The notes beneath the pieces were generated by a model. It searched no databases. It saw nothing but the letters and a program-made list of their open reading frames with translations, and was not told the origin of the DNA. From Amoeboaphelidium protococcarum X5 (taxonomy: Eukaryota; Fungi; Aphelidiomycota), in the NCBI GenBank assembly GCA_023515725.1, contig JALDTO010000154.1, forward strand, positions 639,484-703,483: 64,000 bases of DNA, read 5' to 3'. Made by a program: the position numbers and the translations under genes. This document shows, piece after piece, positions 51,868 to 64,000 of the stretch. Each line of letters begins with the position of its first letter. The first letter of the stretch is position 1.

Positions 51868-53160
51868 ATGATTTAAAAGCTAGTATATCTATTTGTTATC
51901 AATTGCGCGTATGTGCTGGCCATAGATTTTAGAGTGATCAATCCATTGAAGAATTCCTAGTGGATCAGTGGATCAATGATGGACATTAGGTGGAAGATGG
52001 ATAATGTCAGTCTGCCGTATGATGGTGTACGCGTTAAAATAGATCTGTATAAGTATGTTTACGGATCGCGGTCCTTCATGCGGACTATAGTATCTGCTGC
52101 GGAGAACAATGGACTCTATGAATGGCCCGTGGTGAACGATGCCACCGATACTGACACCTTTGAGATTGTTATATCATCGTCGTCTAACTCTGAAGGTGAA
52201 CATCGACCTGGAGTCAGTGGATATTTCAAATCAGTTTAGCCATCGCCAGCTAATATCGCTATTAATATCGATTCACCTTAGGTGTAGAGCACGTTCTATT
52301 CGGGCCAGAAGGTGAATATTGGCTGGTCTAAATTGTATCCGTTGCCTGATTTCCAGTATGGACTGTATGCCGACCTTATGCTGGACTCTCGATCAGTGGC
52401 AAGCATCGCGCGTAATGTGTCTGCTTAATCAGATTCTGGAATCATCGAATGGACTGTGGGCGACAATTATCCTCTATCTACATCCACATAATCATATGAT
52501 ATTAATAATCAACAAGGCGGAGAATTCGTGTTTACTGGCAAGTTGATGCTTTGGGGATTCGATGTGCGAAATGATAAGATTGTATATGGCACTCAAGGTC
52601 CAATGTATGTTGATTATACAGACAAGATACCACTGGCCATATCTTTTGTGTCCATTAATTAAGGAGATTTCTGGTACATGGGAGCCAAAGTGACAGTCGT
52701 ATTACAGTTGGCGGAGAAGGAGCGAGCTAAAGCGGTGCAGCGCGATGTAAAGATTGAACTTGGACTTTACAATAATGACAATGAACGCGTCGATTGGATT
52801 CTATAGCCTGGCTCTGTCATTAAAGAATCTGAATGGAAGGCTGGTTCTGCTTTTATCAGTTATGTTGTTCCTGAAGGCATTAAATTGGAATCTTTGAAGT
52901 CTCTAGTCATCGATAGTAATCAACAGTAGCATACATTAAGTGACGAGAAAAAGCCAAAGACTTTCTATTTACATTTTGATGCTGAATATGCGGCCAAAGA
53001 GCCTGGTAAATGGTTTAGAATTGATGGTAATAGTCCCGTGTTTAATCTCAAACCATTGTAGAAAGAGCGCGGACCTGGCGGTGCTGCATCATCACTGTAG
53101 TTATCCGCTCTCTCTACCATTGTATGCATTCTCTCTGTACTCTTATATTTATCAGTTTGA
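51868..53160 (+). CDS. GPI-anchored surface protein with about 3 tandem Kre9/Knh1-like Ig-fold repeats
   Basis: Signal peptide MIQKLVYLFVINCAYVLA; repeats of the type IxxP...W.SG....I.W...G..EW.V; C-terminal GGAASS plus hydrophobic tail; 430 aa. Confidence 0.7.
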
Positions 53161-53406
53161 ATTTTTGTCTCAATACAAGTATCTTTATATATATGCTTGA
53201 GTTTCTCTATCAATTAGTCAAAAGTAGTCTTCGAACAATCCACTCCTTGTCATGAGGCGTTCAGTAATAATAAACTCTTTGATCAGGGGCCAGTTGAACT
53301 CATAATTGCTCCCAAACTGACGATTAATCTTCATATTGGCTATAGGCATTCTATTTAATCTATAAGAGTATAAAATAATATTTGTATTCCAGTCATCATT
53401 TATATA

Positions 53407-54729
53407 ATGAAAGTGCTCACTCTACCGTGCGATGTATCTGAGGATATCTTTCACTAAATACCATCTTGTCATTCCGCTGGCCGGATTACTATAATGGAGC
53501 TGATTGATAGTGCTGATAGTAGTAATAACAGTAGCAACTAAATCTAAAAGTCAAGTAAAGTGAGTCTGAGGTATGCAAATGCTAGATTTGATGAAATTTC
53601 TGTATCTGACGCCTAGCTGCTTCTTCATAGATAACGTGTGCCGAGCAGTGGTGATGGCGAGTAAGATGTGGTAGGAATTTTAATATTACATCTCCCTGAT
53701 GGCGTGCCGCAGTCTGTAAAATTTCATTACGCGTCCGTGCTACCTAATATAGCCAAGGCATTTGGAGTATATAGAGCCAAGACTATCACGTCGCTAGAAG
53801 ATTTACCCAGCCAATTGAACATCCCGTCTGATTTGGACTTGCACAATGCACTGTCTGAGGGTGAACGCGTGAGATTGTCAGCTCTGAAAGCAGTCGAGCA
53901 GGAGCGCGAAGAGTTGATTAAAATGCACACTCAAGACAAGATGACTGAAGCTGCAAAGAGTGGTGGCTTCCATTCTATTGATTTGCAGTGGAATTCAGAA
54001 ATTCAATCATCTCTGAAGGACTTGTTTAAAGGTTATCCGCTGGAAGATGATCAAGATCTATTCGCCTTTATTAAATCGATGAATTTGGTGAACAATTACG
54101 GTTATCCGAGAATGGTAAAGTATGTGCAATTCTTTATATCCGGAGATGAGCAGCAAATGAATAGTACTGCCGTAAAGTCGCTCATGTCAAATCAGCATAT
54201 TCCACTCACTCTGTGTCCACTGGACTCACCACGCCTCATCATCTTGGCGTACCCGCTGGTTGTGAAAGACAACATTGCAGCAATCAGGCGTGTTCTTGTG
54301 CACTGGATACCTGATGGAGCCGATCCGCGCGTAAAAATGATTTACAGCTCTGCCAAGCCATAGTTTAAGCGAAATGTTTTGTCATTAATGGAAGCGCAGC
54401 AGATCAACTTTGATGAATAGTTGAGCTTGTCGAATGACGATTTGTATAATTAGACTGAAGATTTGAATGCTTCACACGGCGAATAGAAAGAAGAAAACAC
54501 TGATCCCCAAAATGAAGTCACCCTTGAATCAAGCGGCGGTGATGTTAAAGATGGCAAGTTCATGACAGTCCTGGAACTATTGCGAATGGTTGAGGAGAGT
54601 ATCGAGATGAGAGTGGCTGAGCGGAGACGCGAGAATGAAACGTTGAAACTGAAAAAGAATTTGCCGCCCAAGCCGAGACAGACGCGTAATCCGTCCTCTG
54701 CGTTGCATCAAAGAGTGATGTGGAGTTGA
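53407..54729 (+). CDS. Divergent twinfilin-like protein (two ADF-H-like domains)
   Basis: LHLPDGVPQSVKFHYAS and HWIPDGADPRVKMIYSSAK resemble ADF-H PDxxxVxxKMxYAS motifs; basic Pro-rich tail; 440 aa. Confidence 0.6.
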
Positions 54730-55076
54730 ACCCACTGTGAGTGTGTGATCTCTTGCCTAGTGTGTAAGTTTATTTGGAAATACATTTAATCTTTGTATAC
54801 AGTACATTGTCTTCAGTATTTATCTGTCTTTTTAATTTCTACCGAGTTCTTTCATCAAGTACAGGGAGGTAAAAGCGAGAACTTTTAGGCATCACTAACT
54901 TTTAGATCGGAGAGCAAAGCCTAGAGAGAACTCACTAACGCCGAATCCGACTGTCTTTTGAAGAAAGTAATATTTTTCGCGATACAAACTCTGAGCTAAA
55001 AACAAAATTGTAAATAAAGCCCAATAGAAAACACCGATTATGCAAAGACGACTGTATAAACTTTACTCAGTAGAAA

Positions 55077-55361
55077 TCACTTTCTCCAGTCGTTCCACAT
55101 GTCCTTCCAACTGACACGACCCATTCTGATGGCGTTGATGTTCTCTTCCCTAAATCCATCTTGCCAGCTAACACCCCACTCATTAGTATAGTAAAGATAC
55201 GCAGGAAATGCACCATACAAAATTATCAACCACTTCAAATTGTACGAATTTATCCTAAACTAACCAAACTGACCCAGATATCTCTAATAGACCCATCGAT
55301 CAATAGCGGGATCCTTCTTCAGGACAGTATTGTACTTGTGATCAAAAGTGTGCAATGGCAT
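55077..55361 (-). CDS. Complex I accessory subunit, NDUFB4 (B15)-like
   Basis: VLKKDPAIDRWVYQR...FRINSYNLKWLIILYGAFPAYLYY; 94 aa, one TM. Confidence 0.7.
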
Positions 55362-55476
55362 ACTGAGGTTTAATTAAGAGAAGCCTTCTAATCAATATAG
55401 TACAGAACTGTAAATAATTAGGAAAAATAATCCAAAAGTACTCTTTACGCCCAAATTTGACCGTTTGACTTTGAAA

Positions 55477-55496
55477 GAGAGAGAGAGAGAGAGAGA
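55477..55496. repeat. (GA)10 tract in the divergent NDUFB4-like/ETF-alpha promoter
   Basis: Directly visible. Confidence 0.9.
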
Positions 55497-55687
55497 GCGA
55501 AAGGGAGAAAGGAAGGGAGAACAAACGACAGACCCAAAGTTGAAATAAAGTCTCTCCTCAGAACGAGAGTGACGAAATTCAAAATATTCAACTCTTGTTC
55601 TTCTCTGTTGAAATAATAAAGAGATTTGAGCATCACTTGATATTATTTTTATTCAAATACTTTAAGTAAATATCATTTTTAAATAGA

Positions 55688-56704
55688 ATGTTGAGCTGCT
55701 CTAGACTGTGCCAAGTGAGATCTGGAAGTTTGGTCTTCAAGAGAAATGCATCCCTGTTGTTGTGTGAACATGTGAATGGTAAGGTGTCTGCGGGCACTTT
55801 GAGTGCTCTTAATGCTGCTCAGTAACATTTGAGCAAGCCTATCCATGCCGTTGTCGCATCTCCTTCTGCAGAAGTTACTAAAGCGGTTGGTGAAGAGTTG
55901 AAGAAGTTTTCAGTGGAGAAAGTTATCGTGGGCGAGAATGCAGCCTACGAACATCCACTCAGCACGGACGTTGCCTCCCTTGTAAAGTCTGTGGTTGAAA
56001 AGACTGGTCCATATCGCCATATTGTCGCTCCTCACTCAACTTTCGGTAGAGATTTGGCACCTAGAGTTGCTGGTATGCTTAACACTTAGCAAGTGTCTGA
56101 TGTGATAAAGATTGAAAAGGAGGATACTTTTGTGAGACCAGTGTATGCGGGTAATGCTCTTGTTAATGTCACCTGTGCCGAGAAGTAGATTGTGTTGACT
56201 ATAAGGACTACGGCGTTCTAGCCATTAGAAGCTGGTAGCTCGGAGTCTGCAAAGAATGCTGTGATTGAGACAGTGGACGCTCCTGCTCCATCTGGTTCTA
56301 TTCAATGGGTTAAAGATGAGTTGAGCAAGAGCGATCGACCAGAGCTGGGCAGTGCCAAGATTGTGATTGCAGGTGGACGTGGTTTGAAGAGTGGAGATAA
56401 TTTCAAGCTGTTGTATGACTTGGCAGATAAATTGGGTGCCGCAGTTGGTGCCAGTAGAGCTGCTGTAGATAGTGGATTTGTTCCGAATGATTTGTAGATT
56501 GGACAGACTGGAAAGAATGTCGCTCCATAGCTGTACATTGCAGTTGGTATCTCTGGTGCGATCCAGCATTTAGCCGGTATGAAGGACTCTAAAGTTATTG
56601 TGGCTATCAACAAGGATGCCGATGCACCAATCTTTAGTGTTTCTGATTATGGCCTGGTTGGAGATTTATTCACTGTCGTCCCTGAGATGACGCAGAAGGT
56701 GTGA
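55688..56704 (+). CDS. ETFA: Electron transfer flavoprotein alpha subunit
   Basis: [36 protein letters not shown][TAG][21 protein letters not shown]. Confidence 0.97.
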
Positions 56705-57667
56705 TAATATGATTAAGATAGCTGAAATATACTACCATAAAACTGAATGCTCTTTGAGATTTATTTAATTTATATTTTCATTTAATCATCATTTAAAGTA
56801 ATGCAATGTGAAGAGCATCCATTTCGTTTGGTTATTTTTGACTTGAAAGCTTTACTTGACTGCGCAGAGTTACCAGTTACATCATAGTGCGCTTTGTTCA
56901 ATAGCTGAAATCTGGTACATCCGCTACCTTCCTTACCGCATAACCACGCGTTGTCAAAATGATTGTAGCAACTCAGGTAGAATCTGACTCGGCGTTCCAC
57001 AGGGTCTTGTTAGCCACCTGGCCAGTTTCGAGCTTTACGATTGGAAGAATTGCAAAGTTCCCCGCAAAAAACAAGCACTTATTTTGCCTTGCATTCACCA
57101 TATAGCGGCAACTTCAAAAATTATGTCTCAACCGACAGAATTAGAAGCATTTTAAAGCGTCCAACTCTTTTATATGCAGGATATCAGAACTTTAAGTTGG
57201 GTACAGTTATTTACATATTACGCGTCATCGTTGTAGCTGTTGTTTCAGAGGGGACTTATGCGGAGGGTATAGACGCTACATCATTGTATTCACTCATACT
57301 CACGCTAATAACATCAATTATCAACGAATTTCTTTAAAAGAGAGAAGCGATATCAGCTTATGCACATTCACAGCAACCATGACAAATTCATAGTCACAAT
57401 CTCGTCCGTCACGAACACGTAATAGCGACTGGTTTAATGATTTAAACGCACCCGCTATATCTCTTAAAAATCTCTTTTCGGAAGCCAAGCAATTTTCTAA
57501 CTACCCTTTAGTGCCTGAAAGGGTCCTTAAATTGTCGATCAAATGTTGCGAATCAAGCGGAATTTGACGTGACAAAATGTCCCTTTAACGCGCCCTAACC
57601 CCCCCCCCTCATAGACGTCTTTTCACCATAAACTCAACTTGCAAACCTCTGAAAATTATTGACGCCA

Positions 57668-59011
57668 ATGATAAGTAAACGCGCTAGTTAATGGATTAAT
57701 ACACCTTATGGTCTGATGGAAGGGATGCAGCTTGCAAAGGCAGACCCATTTTCACTTGATCAAAACGTTGCTGGATGTATCAACCTTGGAACTGCAGAGA
57801 ATGAGCTCATGTTTGACCACATCCAGTCTATAGTCTAGTCGAGTTAATGTCTAGAAATAGCGGCACAAGATGCCAAATACAATGACTTTTTGGGGATAGC
57901 CCGCTTGCGTGCATCTCTATCATCCTTTATAAATGAGCGCTTTGAAGTTCATCACTAACTCAAGTTGGCACCTGGAAATGTGTCTCTGCACAATGGCTGT
58001 GGATCAGCGATCGAGTCTCTGTTCCATGTTCTCTGCGATGATGGTGATGGTGTTCTCATATTCACACCTTTCTATGGTGGTTTCTGTATGGACGTTGAGT
58101 TGCGTGCACATGTTAAGCTCATTCATGTTCCCTTGAGTAGTGAAGATGGATATGCATTGAATGCTGACAAGTTGCGAAAGGTGTACAAGGACTCTGTCGC
58201 GTAGGGCGTCAATGTGAAGGCGCTTCTCCTCATGAACCCCGATAATCCTCTCGGAGTCATTCGCTCATCCGAAGAGATGGTGTCAATGATAAAGTTTGCT
58301 GAGGAGTATGACTTGCATTTGGTAGTCGATGAAATTTATGCTCTGTCAGTATTCGATCAGAAGGCTTTGCAGGTGTAAAGGTTTAAGTCTATTTTGACGT
58401 TTGGTGACGTGATAACTAAGCCTCAAAATGTTCATCTTCTTTGGGGATTTTCAAAGGATTTTTGCGTCAATGGATTTCGATGTGGAGTAATTGCATCTCT
58501 GAATTAGGAGGCGATGTATGGACTTGCCGTGTTGTCTTACTTTACTGGAGTGAGCACCGTCTAATAGAAACTAATCTGTGACATGATAGAAGACAGAGAA
58601 TGGGTAGACTCTTTTGTTGGTACAAACATGTAAAGACTACGCAATGCGTACCAGACTGTAACATAGCGTATCACTGCCTTTAATGAGTCACTTACTGATG
58701 CGCGTTATGCTATAAAGTATGTGGAGGCTGAGGCTGGCTTCTTCATATGGTTAAACTTGTCTCCTTACATTCATCTAATGGACGGAACAGACATGACGGT
58801 GTAAGCTAAAGAGCGTCTATTATTTGTCGACCTTATTGAAAATGGCAAGTTGTATATTGCACCATCCAGTCTGGCGTTTTATGGCGCCAAGTCTGAAAGT
58901 GGATGGTTTCGCATGATTTTTGCCGCTCAAGATCAAGTTTTGAAATTGGCTCTGGATCGTCTCTTTAAAAGATTATTAGAGCTTTAATCATAGAGTGAAA
59001 ATAATAAATGA
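57668..59011 (+). CDS. ACC-synthase-like PLP-dependent class I/II aminotransferase
   Basis: DPF...GCINLGTAENELM, TPFYGGF, NPDNPLG, VDEIYALS, WGFSKDFCVNGFRCG, GWFRMIFA. Confidence 0.88.
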
Positions 59012-59673
59012 ATTTTCAATTGCTCATTTTTGGTTTTACTCATGTATTGGAGGAAGTTGGCCATACATATAGTGGTCGTTCAGTTCAATCAAATTGGCGT
59101 CTCAGAGCGCGTCATTGTACGAAACTTACTCGGTCCTCGCGAGTTTCAAGCAGCGATATGAAACGTCGTTCCAGGTATAACATATCAGCTAAAAGTTTTA
59201 AATATGTCTTTTGAATTAAAGTGGATTCTACATAAGTAGTTAAAGTGATTTAAAAGTTTCTAGAGCTTCAAGACTATAAATAATCATAAAATTACGTTTG
59301 TTCTGACTATAGCCACATGGCGCTGGCCGATCATTATCAACTACGTGTGGCTTTATACGCGACTGCTAGAAAAGAATGTGGTAAATTTTAAACAAATTTA
59401 CGAGATTCAGCATACAAAATAGTTTAACGGAGTTATTTTGTTTACAGCTCTTAGCCCGGTCCGAAACACGGCCGTTAGCAGTTTTGATGCAATCGCCCTT
59501 CACGCGTATGCTGTTTTATGCAAACAGAATATCTTTCACCGTCGTCGCTGTTCGGTGTCGCGCAGTTTCAGGTCGAATTTAAACTTTAAAAAATCATACC
59601 CGTCATTGTTCTATTAGTGAGTCAATTCTAGCCATAAGTTATTGTGTTCCATCTCTCTCCCTGGTCAACAATC

Positions 59674-61050
59674 ATGTCAGCGAAACAGGTAAAGTCTTTG
59701 GCATATGTGGTTCTGCTGTCTATGGCCTTGATCGTGGTCTCTATGGCACTCATTTACAAGTCTCGCATTATACATCACACTATTGTACACTCTTCTGTCG
59801 GTTCTAGTTACCGTGACGTTGTTCAAAGCATTACTGGGCAAAGTTCATCATCTCACCCATCTACCGCTTCAGGTTGCGGCAATTGCTTGAACAGTAATCA
59901 AGACTGCTCCATTCCGAATATCGTTAATTTTGCATATGTGACTCCATCCAGGAATAGCTCTCTCAACTTCTCCTTTAAAGATTGGCTCTGTGTTCATTCT
60001 GCTGCATTCCATCAGAACCCTGACGTTATATACATACACACAAATGCAGTGTATAATATGCCCATGTAGGTATCTGAGAAGGAAGCGCGGACTCAATTCA
60101 GGCACTTGTACCCATCCTACTGGACATACCTAATTCTGACTCAGTATCCGCAAGTTTAGGTGAAATTTATTGAGGTGAATGATACCACACCACTTGGCTA
60201 TAAGATCAAGAGACTTGAGAATTTGAGTGATTTTACGCGCACTCAGGCAATGATGAAGTATGGTGGAATATACTTGGATTTTGACTCTTTTCTATTGCGA
60301 TCAGTTGATGGCTTGCGATGCACTGGCTACCGATCTGTAGTTGGATATCAGGCTGATGGCAGGATTGCGTGTGGTATGTGGTTGAGCTCCCCCAGTAGTA
60401 GTCTAGGTGTGCTGTACAGTAAACTACAAGGCGATGCTTTTAATGGTGCTTGGGACACTCATGCGGTTAAATTGTTGGACATTGTTGTGCAGAGTATCAT
60501 GTAGTTTGACACTAAATAATCTGCGGGCAGTGGTGGAAGAGAAGTTTTGGCTATGTATCACAATGCTTTCTTTCCACTCGGATGGAGCTTGAAAGATTTA
60601 CAAGTGCTTTATAATAATGACATCAACTCTACATCCGATGGGACGTTTGAGGATACCATAGAGTCATCTCTGGATTTTGATAATGTGTAAACATGGCTAT
60701 CTGTGGATCAGTTGCAATAAGTTGAAAGTCAAATAAGATAGAAGCTGGTTGGTTATCATTTGCCTAAAGATTCTATCGGCAATACGACATTGCATCGTGC
60801 CACTAAATCTAAAGTGTTCGACTGGTCCAAATCATATGCAGTTCATGGCTTTAATAGTGGAGCGAAAAAGTATTTCGCCTAAGGTAAATTCGCTGGCATT
60901 TCCAAAGGGATTCCAGAAGGATACAGTGATGGAGTGACTATTGACTATATTCTGCAGCGTAAAAGCAATTTTGCAATTGCGGTCTATCCTTCACTGAAAG
61001 ATGCTCTAGACAAGAATGTTGTGAAGCAAGAGCTAATAACTACTTGGTGA
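59674..61050 (+). CDS. Type II membrane glycosyltransferase, GT32 (DxD) family
   Basis: N-terminal TM; IPNIVNF, SDFTRTQAMMKYGGIYLDFD; 458 aa. Confidence 0.85.
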
Positions 61051-61181
61051 TGTTGACTTTATAAGAATATGATGATGACCTTTTGTGTAAATACAATTTC
61101 ATAACTTAACATTTTAAAATAACGCTTGACAAGAGATGTATGTGGTAGAAATTTCATATATTTATAAATATAATGTTCAAC

Positions 61182-62888
61182 TCATTATTGCACAGATTTG
61201 TCTTGATACAGACCAGATGTCTGGGTAGAAATAGAAAACATTCCAGTGGGAAGACTCTCGGACAGAATGACATAGTCTTCACCTTCAGGTAACAGCGAAT
61301 CATCTTGGTTATCCATGAGGTTACAATAACTATCTCTAGATGTATCATTACCGAAATTGATACTACTTCTTGACGCGGTACATCGATTAAAATTGTCAGC
61401 CTTGAGTTGTTCATGTAATCTACCCACGAGATTTTAATCAGATCGAGATAAGTGGAACCCAGAAGTGGGTGACAGACATTGATCATGCACACCTAGAACG
61501 GGACTTTTGAGTTTTACAGAAGCATTATTGTATACTTGCGGAGATTATGTTTAATCCAAGATTAATGGCGCTTCTTACTCTATTTACATCGGATCAACCG
61601 CCATATAATCTGCGACTGGAGTTTAAGTAGATTGATCTACAGATGGCCACTCAGAAAGTGTCTACGTAGATGCGGACTATACCATCTGTCCTTATCCATC
61701 TGGCCTACCACTAGTAACAACTCTAGAATAACTCATTGCAGGAGTTTTCCATACATTAGCGCCGTTACTGAGGATATTGCTATTAGCGGCATTAACGTCT
61801 TGACCAAATGGAACAAAATCACTTCCGCTTTAACTGTTATAATCCATGGTAGAAGTCTTCAGCAGAGGGAAATCGCTCTCTTTATGCCGGTATATCTAAT
61901 CCTTAACACTGACGGCGGCCATTTACTTGTTCAAATCATCCTCATTAAGAGACGCTCTTCTCTTCTTATTGCTGCCAGTATTATTCCTTTTGTTATTGTT
62001 GTTGTGTCGATTCGAACTAGATTCAGAAATGGTCTTATAATTCAAAGGAGAAGACTTGTGATTCTAAAATCCCTTTTACTGACTTGATTACAACAAATAA
62101 GCACCACCACTACCACTGCTTCCGCTACTAGAGCTACACCGTACCTGCTCTTTCGATGTCTACTAACCGCCAGATTATACAGCGCCCCGACAGGACTAAT
62201 GCTATTAAGCCAAAGACTTTGAATTATTGAAAGATCTCTGTTGATCAGATCGGTCCATTGGAGAAGATTATCCATTAAAAGACTTGCCTCCGCCATGACA
62301 AATGGACTTCCAAAAATTAGAACCTTGATTATGACCATTGTATGAATAGCAATTGCCACCATATACTTAACCATTACCATAATTGTATGACTAAGAGTAT
62401 GCAGAATAGTTATGTCGCTAATTATAGCTCTAATAAGAACCATTCTAATAGTTGTGATACTGCTGAGGATAAGGATCACCATTCACATATGGATCAGAAG
62501 GACACCGTTTACTCTGTCTGTCCCCAGTACCATTCCACCTATTATCATTATTATTATTATGACCGGTTTGACTATTACTACCAGCGGCAGAACGCTCAGA
62601 TCTGGCTAAATCCATACTATACATGTTATTGTTAGAGCCATATTGATGTCTAGATCTATACTGATGACGATGATAAGGATCAAGTCCATTACTATTATTG
62701 CTACTGTTCCAGTTATATCCCCGCCTTCGGTCAAGATTTGAATCATCTTTACTGCCGCCGTACTGAGACTAATGATTGAGAGAATAAGTAGTAGGAGGGG
62801 GAGATAGTGCCGACTAATGGTGAGATGCCGTGGCAGTTGATGAACCCGAAGCAGATGCAGCAGAAATGACATTCGATGGATTAGTCAT
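61182..62888 (-). CDS. Low-complexity N/Q/S/Y/G-rich disordered protein (568 aa)
   Basis: Uninterrupted frame under TAR=Gln; YPQQYHNYQNGSYQSYNQRHNYSAYSQSYNYGNGQVYGG; KKRRAS basic motif; no folded domain recognised. Confidence 0.7.
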
Positions 62889-63416
62889 ATTTTAAATGCT
62901 TTCTATAATTCTACGGTATGATGTGAGGGAACGTATGTGGGGACAATATGAGTACTATAAATGGATAGGAGATACTTTAAATTGACAAATAAATTACAGA
63001 CCAGTTCAATGTAAAGATTAGCGAAATAGTTTCAGCAGAGTGATGCCTAAAGTTGATCCTGTTACAAAATGCAGTAAGTTCCAGAGTGATGATATAAATA
63101 GGGATGAATATATTCTGTCTGTGATGCAAAAACTCCTCCTTCAAGGAAGAAATCTCAACTTTCCGAGCACAACAACAACAACAACTCTGCGGTAGGTAAG
63201 AGAGAGAGTTAGGGCCAAAGCGCGGAAAGAACGCAGGCCTGAGCTGAGAGCAAAGCGAGTGAGAGAGGTCGAGTGGAATGAATCAGAGTCATGATGAAAG
63301 AAAATCTGCCACAATGTACAGTTGGCACTATATTCTGAATTTGACAAGTGAAAGTGTAACGCGAAATTCCTTCGTTTTATTGGATTCAAATCTAATAGTA
63401 CTTTCTCTTGCACTGA

Positions 63417-64000
63417 TCAAATAATCTGTCCATTCTCGTCGATTGCCAAAGTTTCATCGTCCGCGTATTACTACTGCTGAGTATTAGCAGAGTTGAGCTT
63501 TGATCCATCACTTTGCTGCTGCTATTGAGTCGCGCTATAACTAGAGTTGTCTTGGAATTATTAGAATTGGAATTACTGCTAATGTTGTGCAGGGTAATAT
63601 TAAGCAATATTGTAGTTGTAAGTCTAATCCTGTAACTTCCACGAACCAGATCTTTAAGAATTACGTCTAACATTGACCGAATCTTCAACATAAATTTCAG
63701 CGTACAAGCTATAACTTCTGTGTTCATTCACCTCCATAATCAACTTGCCGGCAACAACATCACCCTTATTGACAGCCAGCGGTTCTTTAAACAAGAGTCT
63801 CAATTACTACCAATGGGTGATAGGATGGAATGGCGACGTGCTCATTAAAATCTCAACACTTGGCTGCTACTATGCAATGGGAATTTTATCAGCATACTCT
63901 GGTGGCACGCACGGCTTGTCACTGAATACAAGATCAAACCATGACGCAAGACCATGCAATAGTGCACTATACGCAATCTCCCATCTCAAAGGGATCTCTA
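63417..64000 (-). CDS. CARM1: Protein arginine methyltransferase CARM1/PRMT4, 3' part (runs off the window)
   Basis: LHGLASWFDL...STSPFHPITHW[TAG][TAA]LRLLFKEPLAVN...RSY; Gln-rich tail; TGA at 63417. Confidence 0.85.

Noticed and set aside
56780-57400. Protein-like fragments between ETFA and the ACS-like gene
   Set aside because: Interrupted by TGA in the frames examined, with no recognisable motif; possibly a decayed insert but unsupported
63291-63338. ATGATGA...CTGA box C/D snoRNA candidate
   Set aside because: Short, weak terminal stem, and only a wobble-dependent rRNA match

Overview
Compact, intron-poor eukaryotic (early-diverging fungal/holomycotan) nuclear DNA that does NOT use the standard code. 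TAA and TAG are read as Gln (translation table 6 type) and TGA is the only stop, so the supplied ORF track is fragmented and largely misleading. Re-reading by hand gives about 33 closely packed genes: ACAP-type ArfGAP, GPI1/PIG-Q, DUF202 protein, MED11-like, TIM8, UBE2O-like, AP-3 beta, YOS1, TBCK, kinesin-4, SLA2, an F-BAR-PH-C2-RasGAP, RPS1, mago nashi, type II PI4K, a lipoyl-less Pdx1/E3BP-like protein, a beta-propeller receptor-like kinase, cactin, a peroxisomal ACAD11-type dehydrogenase, SCOT, m-AAA protease, KRI1, twinfilin-like, NDUFB4-like, ETF-alpha, ACC-synthase-like, GT32 and partial CARM1, plus orphan secreted/GPI-anchored proteins and a decayed Ty1/copia fragment. Code plus gene content fit an aphelid such as Amoeboaphelidium protococcarum (inference). 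Best candidates for new biology: (1) a 94-aa membrane microprotein ORF ending 40 nt before the GPI1 start, with a C-terminal RRRGSF PKA-type motif (possible bicistronic or conserved-peptide uORF); (2) a receptor kinase with a prokaryote-style propeller ectodomain and a truncated kinase C-lobe; (3) an F-BAR-p120GAP fusion; (4) a lipoyl-less E3-binding protein. All translations, coordinates and family assignments are by eye, without database searches.
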